Shown piece after piece: positions 1-10,249 of a stretch of DNA of 17,023 nucleotides. The position numbers and the translations under genes are program-made. Numbering within the stretch: the first letter of the stretch is position 1; every line of letters starts with the position of its first letter. Location: the NCBI GenBank assembly GCA_036338695.1, contig JAYZBQ010000070.1, forward strand, positions 1-17,023, read 5' to 3'. This stretch comes from Myxococcota bacterium. GTDB lineage: Bacteria; Myxococcota; UBA4151. The notes under the pieces were generated by a model. It saw only the letters and a list, made by a program, of their open reading frames with translations, was not told the DNA's origin and did no database searches.

Positions 1-1
1 C

Positions 2-3000
2 GGGGGCGTCGACGTGTGTGTTGCGGGTAACGCGGCAAACCCGGACGCGTCCCTGAACCACTTTTCTACCGAAGGGTGGGGCGTTGGACATCGCCCCACC
101 GACCTGCAGCAAGGTGACGACGGGTTCGAGGTGTGTGACGACGGGAACTTCCGTGAGGATGATGCCTGCGTGGGACAATGTGACGCCGCTCGCTGCGGTG
201 ACGGGATCACGAGGCGGGATCGCCAGCCCGGACAGCCTGGGTTTGAGGCTTGTGACGACGGGAACCAGGTCAACGGGGACGGGTGCACCAACACCTGTGC
301 GCTGCAGAACTGCGGCAACGGTCAGGTTGAAGCGGGTGAAGAGTGCGATGACGGCAACGAGATTGAGACCGACGCCTGTCGAAACCATTGCGCCCGAGCG
401 CGCTGCGGCGACGCCTTCAGGCGAACGGATGTGAGCCAGGGGCAAGAGGGGTACGAAGCCTGCGACGACGGGAACACGGACGACGACGACGCCTGCCGCA
501 ATACCTGCGCCACGGCGGCTTGTGGTGACGGCGTGCGGCGGACGGACCTGGCTGAGGGCGAGGTCGGGTACGAAGCCTGTGATGACGGTAACCAGTTCAA
601 CGAGGATGCCTGCACCAACTCATGCCTTGAGGCGCGCTGCGGCGACGGGCTTGTGCGCGTTGACCTCGGGCCGGATGCGCAAGGCTACGAGGCGTGCGAT
701 GACGGCAACCAAGCGGACAACGACGCCTGCCTCAACAACTGTAAGGTCGCGTCGTGCGGCGACGGGGTGGCGCGCGTCGACATCGACGAGGGTCAGTTTG
801 GGGCAGAAGCCTGTGATGACGGCAACGAAGTCCAGACCGATGCGTGCACCAACGAATGCGCTGCGGCGCGCTGCGGTGACTCCATCCGGCGCACTGACAT
901 CGCCGAGGGACAAGACGGATACGAAGCCTGTGACGATGGTAACGAGCAGAACAACGACGCCTGCCGAGCCGGCTGCGTGGCGGCAGCCTGCGGCGACTCG
1001 ATCCAGCGGACCGACCTCGCGCCGGGTCAAGAGGGGTACGAGGGCTGCGATGACGGTAACTTGGTCGCTGGCGACGGCTGCAACGCGACCTGCCAGCTTG
1101 AAGGCTGCGGCAACGGGATCGTCGATGAGGGCGAGTCCTGTGATGATGGCAACCAAGTTAACGGTGATGAGTGTACCAACGGCTGCTCGCTGGCGCGCTG
1201 CGGCGATGGGGTTCGGCGTACGAACATCAACGAGGGCGAGCAAGGCTACGAAGCGTGTGACGACGGTAACGCCTCAGACACGGACGGCTGCCTGAACAGC
1301 TGCGTGGTGGCGCGTTGCGGCGACGGTATCCAGCGCATGGATCTCGAAGAGGGGCAGGATGGCTATGAGTCCTGCGATGACGGCAACGACGTGGACACGG
1401 ACGCCTGCCGAAACACCTGCCTTGAGGCTGCCTGTGGCGACGGGGTGCTGCGACAAGGCGTCCTTGAGGGTGAGTTTGGTTATGAGGCCTGTGACGACGG
1501 CAACACCGCCGACAACGACGGCTGCCGCGCCAACTGCGTGCGCGCTCGGTGCGGCGATGGGGTGACACGGACGGACCTCGAGGCGGGACAAGCCGGCTTT
1601 GAGAGCTGTGACGACGGGAACGATATGAACATCGACGCCTGTCCAAACAACTGCATCGCCGCACGCTGCGGTGACGGGATCCGCCGCATCGACATTTTCG
1701 AAGGGCTCGAAGGCTATGAAGCCTGCGATGATGGCAACGAGCGTAACAACGACGCCTGCCGGAACACCTGCCGGATCGCAACCTGCGGCGACGGCGTACG
1801 GCGCACCGACATTGACGAAGGTGAAGAGGGTTACGAAGCATGCGATGACGGGAACGAGAGCAACACCGATGAGTGTGTGCGTAACTGCGTGTTGGCAGCC
1901 TGCGGCGATGGATACCTCCAAGACGGCGACGATGAGGTCTGCGACGATGGGAATCAGACCAACACCGACGCTTGCCGGAACAACTGCAGACCGGCGGCTT
2001 GTGGTGACGGGGTCCTGCGCACCGATTTGCAATCCGGGCAGCAAGGTCATGAAGGCTGTGACGATGGCAACACCGAACCGGGTGATGGCTGCAGCGCCAG
2101 CTGCCAGCCGGAGTCGTGCGGTGACGGTGTCGTCAACGGCGTCGAGCAATGTGACGACGCCAACGAGAACAACCTGGACGCCTGTCGCAACGATTGTCGG
2201 CGGGCGACCTGCGGCGACGGCGTTGTGCGGACCGATATCTCGGAGGGTGAAGAGGGTTACGAAGCCTGCGATGATGGCAACCAAGAGAACGACGACGGCT
2301 GCCGCACGAACTGCGTCGCCGCCACGTGTGGTGACAACATCCGACGGACGGACTTGGTTCCCGGTGACGAGGGTTATGAAGCCTGTGACGATGGCAACGA
2401 CTCGAATACGGACGCCTGCACCAACCAATGTGTCGCCGCGCGCTGCGGCGACGGCATCCTACGCACCGATCTCGCCGAGCGGGCGGAGGGCTATGAGGAA
2501 TGCGATGACGGCAACCGGGACAACACCGATGGCTGCATGAACGTCTGCGCTCGCGCACGCTGCGGTGACGGCACGGTCCGGACGGACCTGAGCGAAGGCG
2601 ATGAGGGGTACGAGTACTGCGATGACGGGAACAGGACCACGACGGACAGCTGCACAGCCGCCTGTGCGTTGGCGCGTTGCGGCGACGGGATCCTGCGGAC
2701 GGACATCCAAGCGGGTCAGGAAGGTCACGAGGCATGTGACGATGGGAATCAAGCGGACAATGACGCGTGCCTAAACAACTGCACAGCCGCCTCCTGCGGG
2801 GACAACATTCGTCGACGAGACCTCCAGACAGGGCACGTCAACTACGAAGCATGCGACGACGGCAACAACGCACCGGATGACGGCTGCGCGGCGAATTGCC
2901 GCCTCGAGACCTGCGGGGACGGCAACCTGGACGACGGCGAGCTCTGCGACGATGGGAACCAGGCGAACGATGACGCGTGCAACGCCAACTGCATGCCGGC

Positions 3001-6000
3001 TCGCTGTGGTGACGGCGTCCGCAGGACGGACCTCCAAGAGGGGCAAGAGGGCTACGAGCCCTGTGATGACGGTAACGAAGTTCAGACCGACGGATGTTTA
3101 ACGAACTGCATCTTGCCGTCCTGTGGTGATGGTCATCGGCGAACGGATGTGCCCGTCGGACAGGAGGGCTTTGAAGCCTGCGATGACGGCAACGAGGTGC
3201 AAACCGACGCATGCACCAACGACTGCGGTGATGCGCGCTGCGGCGACGGTCATCGTCGCACCGACCTGACCGAGGACGATGAAGGCTACGAAGCCTGCGA
3301 TGACGGCAACCCGTCCAATGAAGACGGCTGCTTACGCAACTGCGTGGTCGCGCGCTGTGGGGACGGGGAGGTCCAGAGCGGCGTTGAGGGCTGTGATGAC
3401 GGTAACACCACGGATTCGGATAACTGCCGCAACAACTGCGTGCTAGCTCGATGCGGTGACGGCGTCCGGATCTCCACGCTGCAGCCAGGGGACCCTGGTT
3501 ACGAAGCCTGCGATGATGGAAACCAGGTCGAGTCCGATGGCTGTCGGAACAACTGCGTCAGTGCGCGATGCGGCGATGGGATCCTGAGGACCGGCGTTGA
3601 GAGCTGCGACGACGGCAATGAGATCGACAACGACGGCTGCCGAACGACCTGCGAGACGGCGCGTTGCGGTGACGGGGTTCGACGCACGGACCTGTCTCAG
3701 GGACAGGAAGGCTATGAGGCGTGCGACGACGGCAACAACATCCCGAACGACGGCTGCAATAACGAGTGCGTCGTGGGTCTGTGCGGCAACGGTCAAGTCG
3801 ACGCTGGCGAGCAGTGTGACGACGCCAACCAGAGCAACACCGACGGCTGCACCAACAACTGCCGCACGGCCCGGTGTGGTGACGGTCACGTTCGTGAGGG
3901 GCTCGAAGAGGGGCAAGAAGGCTACGAGGCTTGCGACGACGGGAACCAAACGGAGACGGATGCGTGCCGCAACGACTGCACCGAGGCGCGCTGCGGTGAT
4001 TCCATCCGTCGTATCGACCTAGAGATTGGCGACAACGGCTACGAAGCCTGCGATGACGGCAACCAAGAGGAAGCTGACGCCTGCCGTACCGATTGCACGC
4101 AGGCGCGCTGCGGCGATGGGGTCCGGCGCACCGACCGTGAGGCGGGGCAGGCTGGCTATGAGGCCTGCGACGACGGCAACACGGTCCAGACGGACGCCTG
4201 CCTCAACAATTGCCGTTCGGCGCGTTGCGGCGACGGGCAGACCCAAGCTGGCGTGGAAGCCTGCGATGACGGGAACACCAACGAAACCGACGCGTGCCGC
4301 AACAACTGTGAGCTGGCGTCGTGCGGTGATGGCGTCCGGCGTGACGACCTCCCGGCGAATAATCCTCGCTATGAAGCCTGTGACGACGGGAACCTCGAGA
4401 TCGGCGACGGTTGCAACGTGGAGTGTCGCCTCGAGAGTTGTGGGAACAACCAAGTCGATGAGGGCGAGCAGTGTGATGATGGCAACGCCATCGAGGGTGA
4501 CGGTTGCGACGCTCGCTGCCAGAGCGAGCTGTGCGGCAACGGTCAAGTGGACCCGGGCGAAGCGTGTGATGATGGGAACGAGAGCAACACCGACGCGTGT
4601 CGCAACAACTGCGTCGCCGCTCGCTGCGGTGACAACATCCGCAGGACGGACCTCGAGCAGGGCGACGAGGGTTACGAGATGTGCGACGACGGCAACCAGA
4701 CCAACACAGACTCCTGCAACAATGAGTGTCAGGCGGCGAGCTGTGGCGATGGGGTGCGCCGCGAGGACCGTGAGGCGGGTCAAGAGGGCTACGAAGCCTG
4801 CGACGACGGCAACGAGGTTCAGGCGGACGCCTGCACCAACAATTGCCGTGAGGCGCGCTGTGGCGACGCGATCGCCCGTACGGACCTCGCCGAGGGCGAG
4901 GAGGGTTACGAAGCCTGCGATGATGGCAACGAGGTCGAGACCGACGCGTGCCGGGAGAACTGTGTTGCTGCGGCCTGCGGTGACGGGATCGTGCGTCAGG
5001 GTCTGTCCGAAGGTCAGGAAGGCTTCGAGGGCTGCGATGATGGCAACGAGGTGGATACAGACGCTTGCGTGAGCTGCCGCGTCGCTCGCTGCGGCGACGG
5101 CGTGCGCCGTCTCGATATTCAAGAAGGCGGGCTCGGTTATGAAGCCTGTGACGATGGGAACGCCAACCAAACCGACGCCTGCCTGACGACTTGCGTGGCT
5201 GCAGCCTGCGGCGACGGCCTGTTGCGTCGAGATCTGCAGCCTGGTGAGGAGGGCTACGTGGGCTGCGACGACGGGAACCTTGCAAACAACGACGGCTGCG
5301 ACTCAGACTGCCAGGTGGAGCTCTGCGGTAACGGGCAGGTCGATCCAGGCGAGGATTGCGACGATGGGAACCGCTCGAATACTGACGCCTGCACCAACGC
5401 TTGCACCAACGCAGCGTGCGGTGACGGCATCGTCCGAGTGGACCTGCAAGAAGGTGCTCAAGGTTACGAGTATTGCGACGACGGTAACGCGACGGCGACC
5501 GACGCGTGCACCAACTCGTGCACCCGCGCTCGCTGCGGCGACGGCGTCGCCCGTGAGGACATTGCGCAGGGTCAAGAGGGCTACGAAGCCTGCGACGACG
5601 GCAACCAGAGCCAGTCTGATGCCTGCCTGAACAACTGCGTGGTGGCGTCGTGCGGCGACGGTCACCAACGAGCAGGGCTTGAGCCCGACGAAGAAGGCTA
5701 TGAAGAGTGTGACGACGGCAACCAAAGCCAGCTGGACGCCTGCATCAACATCTGCCGAAACGCGCGCTGTGGTGACGGTCACCTGCGGGGTGATGTCCAA
5801 GAGGGGCAAGAAGGTTACGAGGCGTGCGACGACGGCAACGGCGAGAACAACGACCAGTGCAACAACCAGTGCGAGCCCAGCCTGTGCGGTAACGGTCAGG
5901 TCGACGACGGTGAAGACTGCGACGACGGCAACCAGAACAACGCGGACGCATGTCGGAACGTGTGTGAGAACGCCCGTTGCGGCGACGGCGTGCGGCGTCT

Positions 6001-8398
6001 GGACATCCAAGCGGGTAACCCAGGCTTTGAGGAGTGCGACGACGGCAACCAAGTCGACACCGATCTGTGCATGAACGATTGCTCGTTCAATCGCTGCGGT
6101 GATGGGCAGCTTGACCCGGGCGAAGAGTGTGACGACGGCAACCGAGAAGACGCTGATGGCTGCCGTAACAGCTGCGAGAATGCGCGTTGTGGTGATGGGG
6201 CGCTCCGCATCGACCTCAACCAGGGTGAGCAAGGTTATGAGGCGTGTGATGACGGCAACGAGACCGACACCGACGCCTGCCGGAACAATTGTCTCTATGC
6301 CAGCTGTGGTGACGGTGTACGGCGCGTCGATCTGGTCGAGGGTGCGCTTGGTTACGAAGCCTGTGACGACGGCAACGAGGCGAACAATGACGAGTGCCGC
6401 AACAACTGCGTCCTGGCGGTCTGTGGTGACGGGATCCAGCGCGTGGATCTGCAGCCCGGGAATCCGGACTATGAGGCCTGTGATGACGGTAACCAGGTGC
6501 AAGATGACGGCTGCAACAACCTCTGCCGGACGGGTAACTGCGGCGATGGGGTCGTGGCGGACAACGAAGCCTGCGACGACGGAAACACCGTGGACACCGA
6601 CGCGTGTCGTAATGACTGCACGGCAGCACGCTGCGGTGACGGCCTCAGACGGCGCGACTTGCAGGCGGGCGAGGAAGGCTATGAAGCCTGCGATGATGGG
6701 AACGAGTCGGACCTCGATCTGTGCCGCAACAACTGCGCGCTGGCTCGCTGCGGTGATGGCGTGCGGCGCACGGACATCCAGCCGGGAGCCGACGGTTACG
6801 AAGCCTGCGATGACGGTAATGAGCTCAACACGGATGGGTGCCTGAACACCTGCCTGACCCCAAGCTGCGGTGATGGGCACGTGCGCGCCGGTGTGGAAGA
6901 GTGTGACGATGCCAACCAAGTCGACACGGACGCCTGCCGAACCGACTGCACTAACGCCGCCTGCGGCGACGGCGTCAGGCGGACCGATATCGTGATCGGT
7001 CAGCCGAACTATGAGGCTTGTGATGACGGCAACCAGGTCGATGATGACAGCTGCAGCAACAGCTGTGCGCTGAGCAACTGCGGCAACGGGCAGGTCGATG
7101 CGGGCGAACAGTGTGATGACGGCAACCAAGACAACACGGACGCCTGCTTGAACAGTTGCCAGTCAGCGGCTTGCGGCGATGGCGTGACCCGAACCGACGT
7201 CGAGGCGGGTCAAGCGGGCTACGAAGCCTGTGATGATGCGAACGAGGAGAACGCAGACGCCTGCCTGAACGACTGCACGGCGGCGAGCTGCGGCGACAGC
7301 GTCCGGCGGACGGACCTCCAGCCGGGTCAAGAAGGCTATGAGTCCTGCGACGATGGGAATGAGGTCGATAACGACGCATGCCACAACGACTGCACGCCCG
7401 CTCGCTGCGGTGACGGGATGGTCTTTGGTGACGAGGTCTGTGACGATGGCAACCAGGTGAACACCGACGCCTGTCTTAACACCTGCGTGGCCGCCCGGTG
7501 CGGTGACTCGGTGGCGCGTACCGACCTTGAGGCGGGACAAGAAGGCTTTGAGAGCTGCGATGATGGCAACCAAGTCAATGAGGACGCCTGTCGAAACAAC
7601 TGCATCGCTGGAGTCTGCGGCGACGGGATCCAGCGAATCGACGGTGAGAACCGTGAAGCCTGCGACGACGGGAACGCGAACAACGGGGACGGTTGCTCCT
7701 CGGAGTGTGCACTCGAGCAATGTGGCAACGGTCAGGTCGACCAAGGCGAGGACTGTGACGACAACAATCAGGTCGACACGGACGCCTGCACCAACTCATG
7801 CCGCGCTGCGACCTGCGGCGATGGCGTGCGCCGAACCGACCTCAACGAGAACGAAGAGGGTTATGAGTTCTGCGATGACGGCAACCAAGAGAACGCCGAT
7901 GGCTGCACGCGTGCCTGCGTTGTGGCGGTCTGCGGTGATGGAATCCTACGCACGGATCTGAGCGAAGGCGCGCCGGGTTACGAGGGCTGCGATGACGGGA
8001 ACCAGATCAACGCCGACGGCTGCACCAACGGCTGCTTGGCGGCAGAATGTGGTGACGGGATCCGCCGCGTGGATATTGTCGCCGGCGAAGAGGGGTACGA
8101 GGCGTGCGATGACGGCAACGACGCCGAGAACGACGCGTGCAATCGCAGTTGTGTCGCGGCGCGGTGCGGTGACGGCGTGCGCCGGGTCGATACGCAACCC
8201 GGCGATGAGGGCTACGAGTCGTGCGACGACGGTAACGAGAGCCAAGCGGACGCCTGCTTGAACAACTGCGTACCCGCTCGATGTGGTGACGGTCAGCTGC
8301 GCATGGACGTCGACCCCGGCGCCGATGGCTTTGAATTCTGTGATGACGGCAACGACAATGACAATGACCAGTGCCGTAATGACTGCACCTTCCCTTAG
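2..8398 (+). CDS. Giant Myxococcus cysteine-rich repeat (DUF4215/TIGR02232-like) protein, 5'-partial; probable secreted or surface protein
   Basis: The frame is open from base 2 to TAG at 8396-8398. It holds 75 CDD(G/A/N)N-x4-D-x-C-x3-C-x4-CG(D/N) units (last one truncated; x2 instead of x3 in one unit). There is no signal peptide and the first residues are themselves a degenerate repeat, so the true start lies upstream of the window. Confidence 0.92.
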   Translation, partial: GGVDVCVAGNAANPDASLNHFSTEGWGVGHRPTDLQQGDDGFEVCDDGNFREDDACVGQCDAARCGDGITRRDRQPGQPGFEACDDGNQVNGDGCTNTCALQNCGNGQVEAGEECDDGNEIETDACRNHCARARCGDAFRRTDVSQGQEGYEACDDGNTDDDDACRNTCATAACGDGVRRTDLAEGEVGYEACDDGNQFNEDACTNSCLEARCGDGLVRVDLGPDAQGYEACDDGNQADNDACLNNCKVASCGDGVARVDIDEGQFGAEACDDGNEVQTDACTNECAAARCGDSIRRTDIAEGQDGYEACDDGNEQNNDACRAGCVAAACGDSIQRTDLAPGQEGYEGCDDGNLVAGDGCNATCQLEGCGNGIVDEGESCDDGNQVNGDECTNGCSLARCGDGVRRTNINEGEQGYEACDDGNASDTDGCLNSCVVARCGDGIQRMDLEEGQDGYESCDDGNDVDTDACRNTCLEAACGDGVLRQGVLEGEFGYEACDDGNTADNDGCRANCVRARCGDGVTRTDLEAGQAGFESCDDGNDMNIDACPNNCIAARCGDGIRRIDIFEGLEGYEACDDGNERNNDACRNTCRIATCGDGVRRTDIDEGEEGYEACDDGNESNTDECVRNCVLAACGDGYLQDGDDEVCDDGNQTNTDACRNNCRPAACGDGVLRTDLQSGQQGHEGCDDGNTEPGDGCSASCQPESCGDGVVNGVEQCDDANENNLDACRNDCRRATCGDGVVRTDISEGEEGYEACDDGNQENDDGCRTNCVAATCGDNIRRTDLVPGDEGYEACDDGNDSNTDACTNQCVAARCGDGILRTDLAERAEGYEECDDGNRDNTDGCMNVCARARCGDGTVRTDLSEGDEGYEYCDDGNRTTTDSCTAACALARCGDGILRTDIQAGQEGHEACDDGNQADNDACLNNCTAASCGDNIRRRDLQTGHVNYEACDDGNNAPDDGCAANCRLETCGDGNLDDGELCDDGNQANDDACNANCMPARCGDGVRRTDLQEGQEGYEPCDDGNEVQTDGCLTNCILPSCGDGHRRTDVPVGQEGFEACDDGNEVQTDACTNDCGDARCGDGHRRTDLTEDDEGYEACDDGNPSNEDGCLRNCVVARCGDGEVQSGVEGCDDGNTTDSDNCRNNCVLARCGDGVRISTLQPGDPGYEACDDGNQVESDGCRNNCVSARCGDGILRTGVESCDDGNEIDNDGCRTTCETARCGDGVRRTDLSQGQEGYEACDDGNNIPNDGCNNECVVGLCGNGQVDAGEQCDDANQSNTDGCTNNCRTARCGDGHVREGLEEGQEGYEACDDGNQTETDACRNDCTEARCGDSIRRIDLEIGDNGYEACDDGNQEEADACRTDCTQARCGDGVRRTDREAGQAGYEACDDGNTVQTDACLNNCRSARCGDGQTQAGVEACDDGNTNETDACRNNCELASCGDGVRRDDLPANNPRYEACDDGNLEIGDGCNVECRLESCGNNQVDEGEQCDDGNAIEGDGCDARCQSELCGNGQVDPGEACDDGNESNTDACRNNCVAARCGDNIRRTDLEQGDEGYEMCDDGNQTNTDSCNNECQAASCGDGVRREDREAGQEGYEACDDGNEVQADACTNNCREARCGDAIARTDLAEGEEGYEACDDGNEVETDACRENCVAAACGDGIVRQGLSEGQEGFEGCDDGNEVDTDACVSCRVARCGDGVRRLDIQEGGLGYEACDDGNANQTDACLTTCVAAACGDGLLRRDLQPGEEGYVGCDDGNLANNDGCDSDCQVELCGNGQVDPGEDCDDGNRSNTDACTNACTNAACGDGIVRVDLQEGAQGYEYCDDGNATATDACTNSCTRARCGDGVAREDIAQGQEGYEACDDGNQSQSDACLNNCVVASCGDGHQRAGLEPDEEGYEECDDGNQSQLDACINICRNARCGDGHLRGDVQEGQEGYEACDDGNGENNDQCNNQCEPSLCGNGQVDDGEDCDDGNQNNADACRNVCENARCGDGVRRLDIQAGNPGFEECDDGNQVDTDLCMNDCSFNRCGDGQLDPGEECDDGNREDADGCRNSCENARCGDGALRIDLNQGEQGYEACDDGNETDTDACRNNCLYASCGDGVRRVDLVEGALGYEACDDGNEANNDECRNNCVLAVCGDGIQRVDLQPGNPDYEACDDGNQVQDDGCNNLCRTGNCGDGVVADNEACDDGNTVDTDACRNDCTAARCGDGLRRRDLQAGEEGYEACDDGNESDLDLCRNNCALARCGDGVRRTDIQPGADGYEACDDGNELNTDGCLNTCLTPSCGDGHVRAGVEECDDANQVDTDACRTDCTNAACGDGVRRTDIVIGQPNYEACDDGNQVDDDSCSNSCALSNCGNGQVDAGEQCDDGNQDNTDACLNSCQSAACGDGVTRTDVEAGQAGYEACDDANEENADACLNDCTAASCGDSVRRTDLQPGQEGYESCDDGNEVDNDACHNDCTPARCGDGMVFGDEVCDDGNQVNTDACLNTCVAARCGDSVARTDLEAGQEGFESCDDGNQVNEDACRNNCIAGVCGDGIQRIDGENREACDDGNANNGDGCSSECALEQCGNGQVDQGEDCDDNNQVDTDACTNSCRAATCGDGVRRTDLNENEEGYEFCDDGNQENADGCTRACVVAVCGDGILRTDLSEGAPGYEGCDDGNQINADGCTNGCLAAECGDGIRRVDIVAGEEGYEACDDGNDAENDACNRSCVAARCGDGVRRVDTQPGDEGYESCDDGNESQADACLNNCVPARCGDGQLRMDVDPGADGFEFCDDGNDNDNDQCRNDCTFP
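17..8395 (+). repeat. Coding tandem repeat array: main period 117 nt (39 aa) with 93-105 nt (31-35 aa) variants
   Basis: Manual parse from each CDD: 53 units of 39 aa, 14 of 31 aa, 4 of 32 aa, one each of 33, 35 and 38 aa, a final 19-aa partial unit and a 40-aa leader (Met call plus one degenerate 39-aa unit). These sum exactly to 2794 aa. Confidence 0.93.
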
Positions 8399-8425
8399 GG
8401 GAACGTGCGCAAGGAGCGTTTCGGT

Positions 8426-8842
8426 ATGGAGTCTTATCAGGTCTGGTTAGTCGGCGGTCTACTGCTCGCTGCGGGCGAGATGCTCCTCGGTGACTTCACG
8501 TTGCTTTGCATCGGGATCGCTACGGGTTCGACTGCGCTGCCGGCGCTGATGGGGTGGAGCCTCGAAGCCTGCCTGGTGTGGTTGGCGGTCTCGACCGTCG
8601 TGCTCTTTGTCACGGTGCGCCCGACCATACGGCGCTATCTGATGGCTGATTCGCCGAACATCACGAGCAACGTCCACAGCCTGGTGGGCAAGCAGACCCG
8701 GGTGGCGATCGAAGACGGCGCCCCCTGGGGGCGGGCTGGGGGCGATCACTGGCGGCTGGAGTCCGAGCAGGCGCTGGACGATGGTCAGGAGGTGGTCGTC
8801 GTAGCGGTCGAGGGATCTCGCCTGCGCGTGGAGCCGCTCTAA
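8426..8842 (+). CDS. nfeD: Short NfeD-family (YbbJ-like) membrane protein with C-terminal OB-fold
   Basis: N-terminal hydrophobic helices with WLVGGLLLAAGEML..DFTLLCIG, then NVHSLVGKQ, GGDHWR and GQEVVVVAVEGSRLRVEP, typical of NfeD C-terminal domain proteins. AAGGAG at 8411-8416 supports the ATG at 8426 over the GTG at 8405. Confidence 0.88.
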   Translation: MESYQVWLVGGLLLAAGEMLLGDFTLLCIGIATGSTALPALMGWSLEACLVWLAVSTVVLFVTVRPTIRRYLMADSPNITSNVHSLVGKQTRVAIEDGAPWGRAGGDHWRLESEQALDDGQEVVVVAVEGSRLRVEPL

Positions 8843-8845
8843 GCG

Positions 8846-9826
8846 CTAGGACTTGACCTCGTTGAGCAGCTCTTTGATGCCACCGAGCGACCCGAGGACG
8901 CCGCTGCTCTCATAGGGCATAAACACGAGCTTGTCGCCGCCGCTGTCTCGCTTGGCGATCAACTCAAGGCTGTCAATGTAGCGCAGCGCCGTGAGATAAC
9001 GCACGGCTTGCTCATCCCCAGCGGCTGCTCGAACACGCTCGATGGCCTCCGCCTCAGCCTGGGCACGCAACAGGCGCGCCTGTGCGTCACCTTCTGCGCG
9101 CAAGACCTCAGATGTCTTCGCACCTTCAGCGTCTGCGATCGCAGCGTCCCGATCCCCTTCCGCACGCAGCACAGCCGACTGCTTATCACCCTCGGCTTCA
9201 AGAATCGCAGCGCGCCGGTCGCGCTCGGCGCGCATCTGCTTCTCCATCGCAGCCCGGATCTCCTCTGGCGGTTGGATGTCTTGCAGCTCGACGCGGTTGA
9301 CCTTGACGCCCCATTTGTTGGTCGCATCTTCGAGCAGCGTCCGCAGCGTCCCGTTGATGGTGTCGCGGCTGGTGAGGGTCTTATCGAGGTCCATATCGCC
9401 CACGACGTTACGCAGGCTCGTCTGGGTAAGCTTCTCGATAGCGTCTGGGAGGTCCTGGACCTCATAGACCGCTTTGACCGGGTCGGTGATCTGGAAGTAG
9501 AGCACGGCGTTGATCATGATCTGGACATTGTCCGCGGTGATCACGCTCTGGCTCGGGAAGTCATAGACCGTCTCGCGCAGGTCGATCTCGGTGACCGCCT
9601 TCTTCAGGTACACGGTCTGACCGCCATGCCCCTCCAGCGTAAAACGCCAGACGATGGCACGCGGTTTATCGATAAACGGCCAGATGATGTTGATGCCGCT
9701 CTCCAGGGTCGAGTGATACTTGCCGAGGCGCTCGACGATGATGATTTTACTGTGCTGGACGATCTTGATGCCTTTGACGGCGAGGACGATCGCAACGGCT
9801 GCGAGGATGGCGACAACGGAGAGCAT
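8846..9826 (-). CDS. qmcA: SPFH/Band 7 stomatin-like protein (QmcA/YbbK, paraslipin-like)
   Basis: N-terminal TM helix; VERLGKY, IDLRE, QSVITADNV, LTQTSLRNVVG, TLTSRDTIN, WGVKVNRVELQDIQPP and AMEKQMRAERDRRAAILEAEG followed by AEG coiled-coil repeats. AAAGG lies 7 nt upstream of the ATG. Confidence 0.95.
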   Translation of the reverse strand: MLSVVAILAAVAIVLAVKGIKIVQHSKIIIVERLGKYHSTLESGINIIWPFIDKPRAIVWRFTLEGHGGQTVYLKKAVTEIDLRETVYDFPSQSVITADNVQIMINAVLYFQITDPVKAVYEVQDLPDAIEKLTQTSLRNVVGDMDLDKTLTSRDTINGTLRTLLEDATNKWGVKVNRVELQDIQPPEEIRAAMEKQMRAERDRRAAILEAEGDKQSAVLRAEGDRDAAIADAEGAKTSEVLRAEGDAQARLLRAQAEAEAIERVRAAAGDEQAVRYLTALRYIDSLELIAKRDSGGDKLVFMPYESSGVLGSLGGIKELLNEVKS

Positions 9827-9920
9827 AACAGTGCCTTTCGAGCGAAGCGTTAGCTTAGGTTAGGGGGCACCCCACGAAATGAAAACACTGCATAGATGTC
9901 AGCGTGTCAGAGGGGGTCCT

Positions 9921-9943
9921 TAGACTGAGCGCAACGAGGAGGT
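9921..9943 (+). promoter_or_regulatory. Possible -10 element (TAGACT) and strong Shine-Dalgarno (AGGAGGT) for the 9947 ORF
   Basis: TAGACT at 9921-9926 and AGGAGGT at 9937-9943, just before the ATG at 9947. No convincing -35 box. Confidence 0.4.
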
Positions 9944-9946
9944 ACT

Positions 9947-10249
9947 ATGTGGTTTGTTCGTCGTCCTGAGGAGTTGAAGTGGGAGCGCGCCGAGGCGCCG
10001 TTTGTTCTGGGGATTCGGCAGCTGCCGAGTGAGTGGGTGCGCTGCGAGCTGCCGCTCGGTCTCACCGAGTCCGAAGCGCTGCGCCACGCTAAGCGGCAGG
10101 CGGTTCGGCGTGGTCAACGTTGCAGCCTCCAGACGCCCTGCGGGCGCGTCTTTTGGTTCAGCGCACGCGGGCGCCTGGTCGGCTCCAGCCGCAATCGAGC
10201 GGGGGGGCGCCCATCGGTGGCTGCCCACTCGTCTCGTAGTCGGCGCTAA
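9947..10249 (+). CDS. Hypothetical 100-aa basic protein
   Basis: ATG preceded by AGGAGGT. The ORF fills the gap between the SPFH and MscS genes, and its stop overlaps the MscS stop (CTAA, 10246-10249). No recognisable family. Confidence 0.6.
   Translation: MWFVRRPEELKWERAEAPFVLGIRQLPSEWVRCELPLGLTESEALRHAKRQAVRRGQRCSLQTPCGRVFWFSARGRLVGSSRNRAGGRPSVAAHSSRSRR

Noticed and set aside
2..133. Diversity-generating retroelement variable region
   Set aside because: No reverse transcriptase or near-identical template repeat in the window, and the changes are not adenine-specific (several are G>C or G>T).
5786..5794. RGD integrin-binding tripeptide in repeat 51
   Set aside because: A single chance variant of the recurring R-x-D loop motif.
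84..8261. Many long alternative-frame and antisense ORFs, e.g. 5303-7129 (-) 608 aa and 1274-2428 (-)
   Set aside because: Shadow ORFs caused by high GC and the rarity of TTA/CTA/TCA codons in the repeat gene. Their translations simply mirror the repeat.
134..8395. CRISPR-like periodic motif (GCCTGCGACGACGGCAAC recurring every 93-117 nt)
   Set aside because: Copies vary mainly at synonymous positions, all periods are multiples of 3, the intervening sequence is conserved coding sequence, and there are no cas genes.
9008..9853. 281-aa + strand ORF opposite the SPFH gene, and similar ORFs opposite mscS, lepB and the methyltransferase
   Set aside because: Antisense shadows of well-supported conserved genes.
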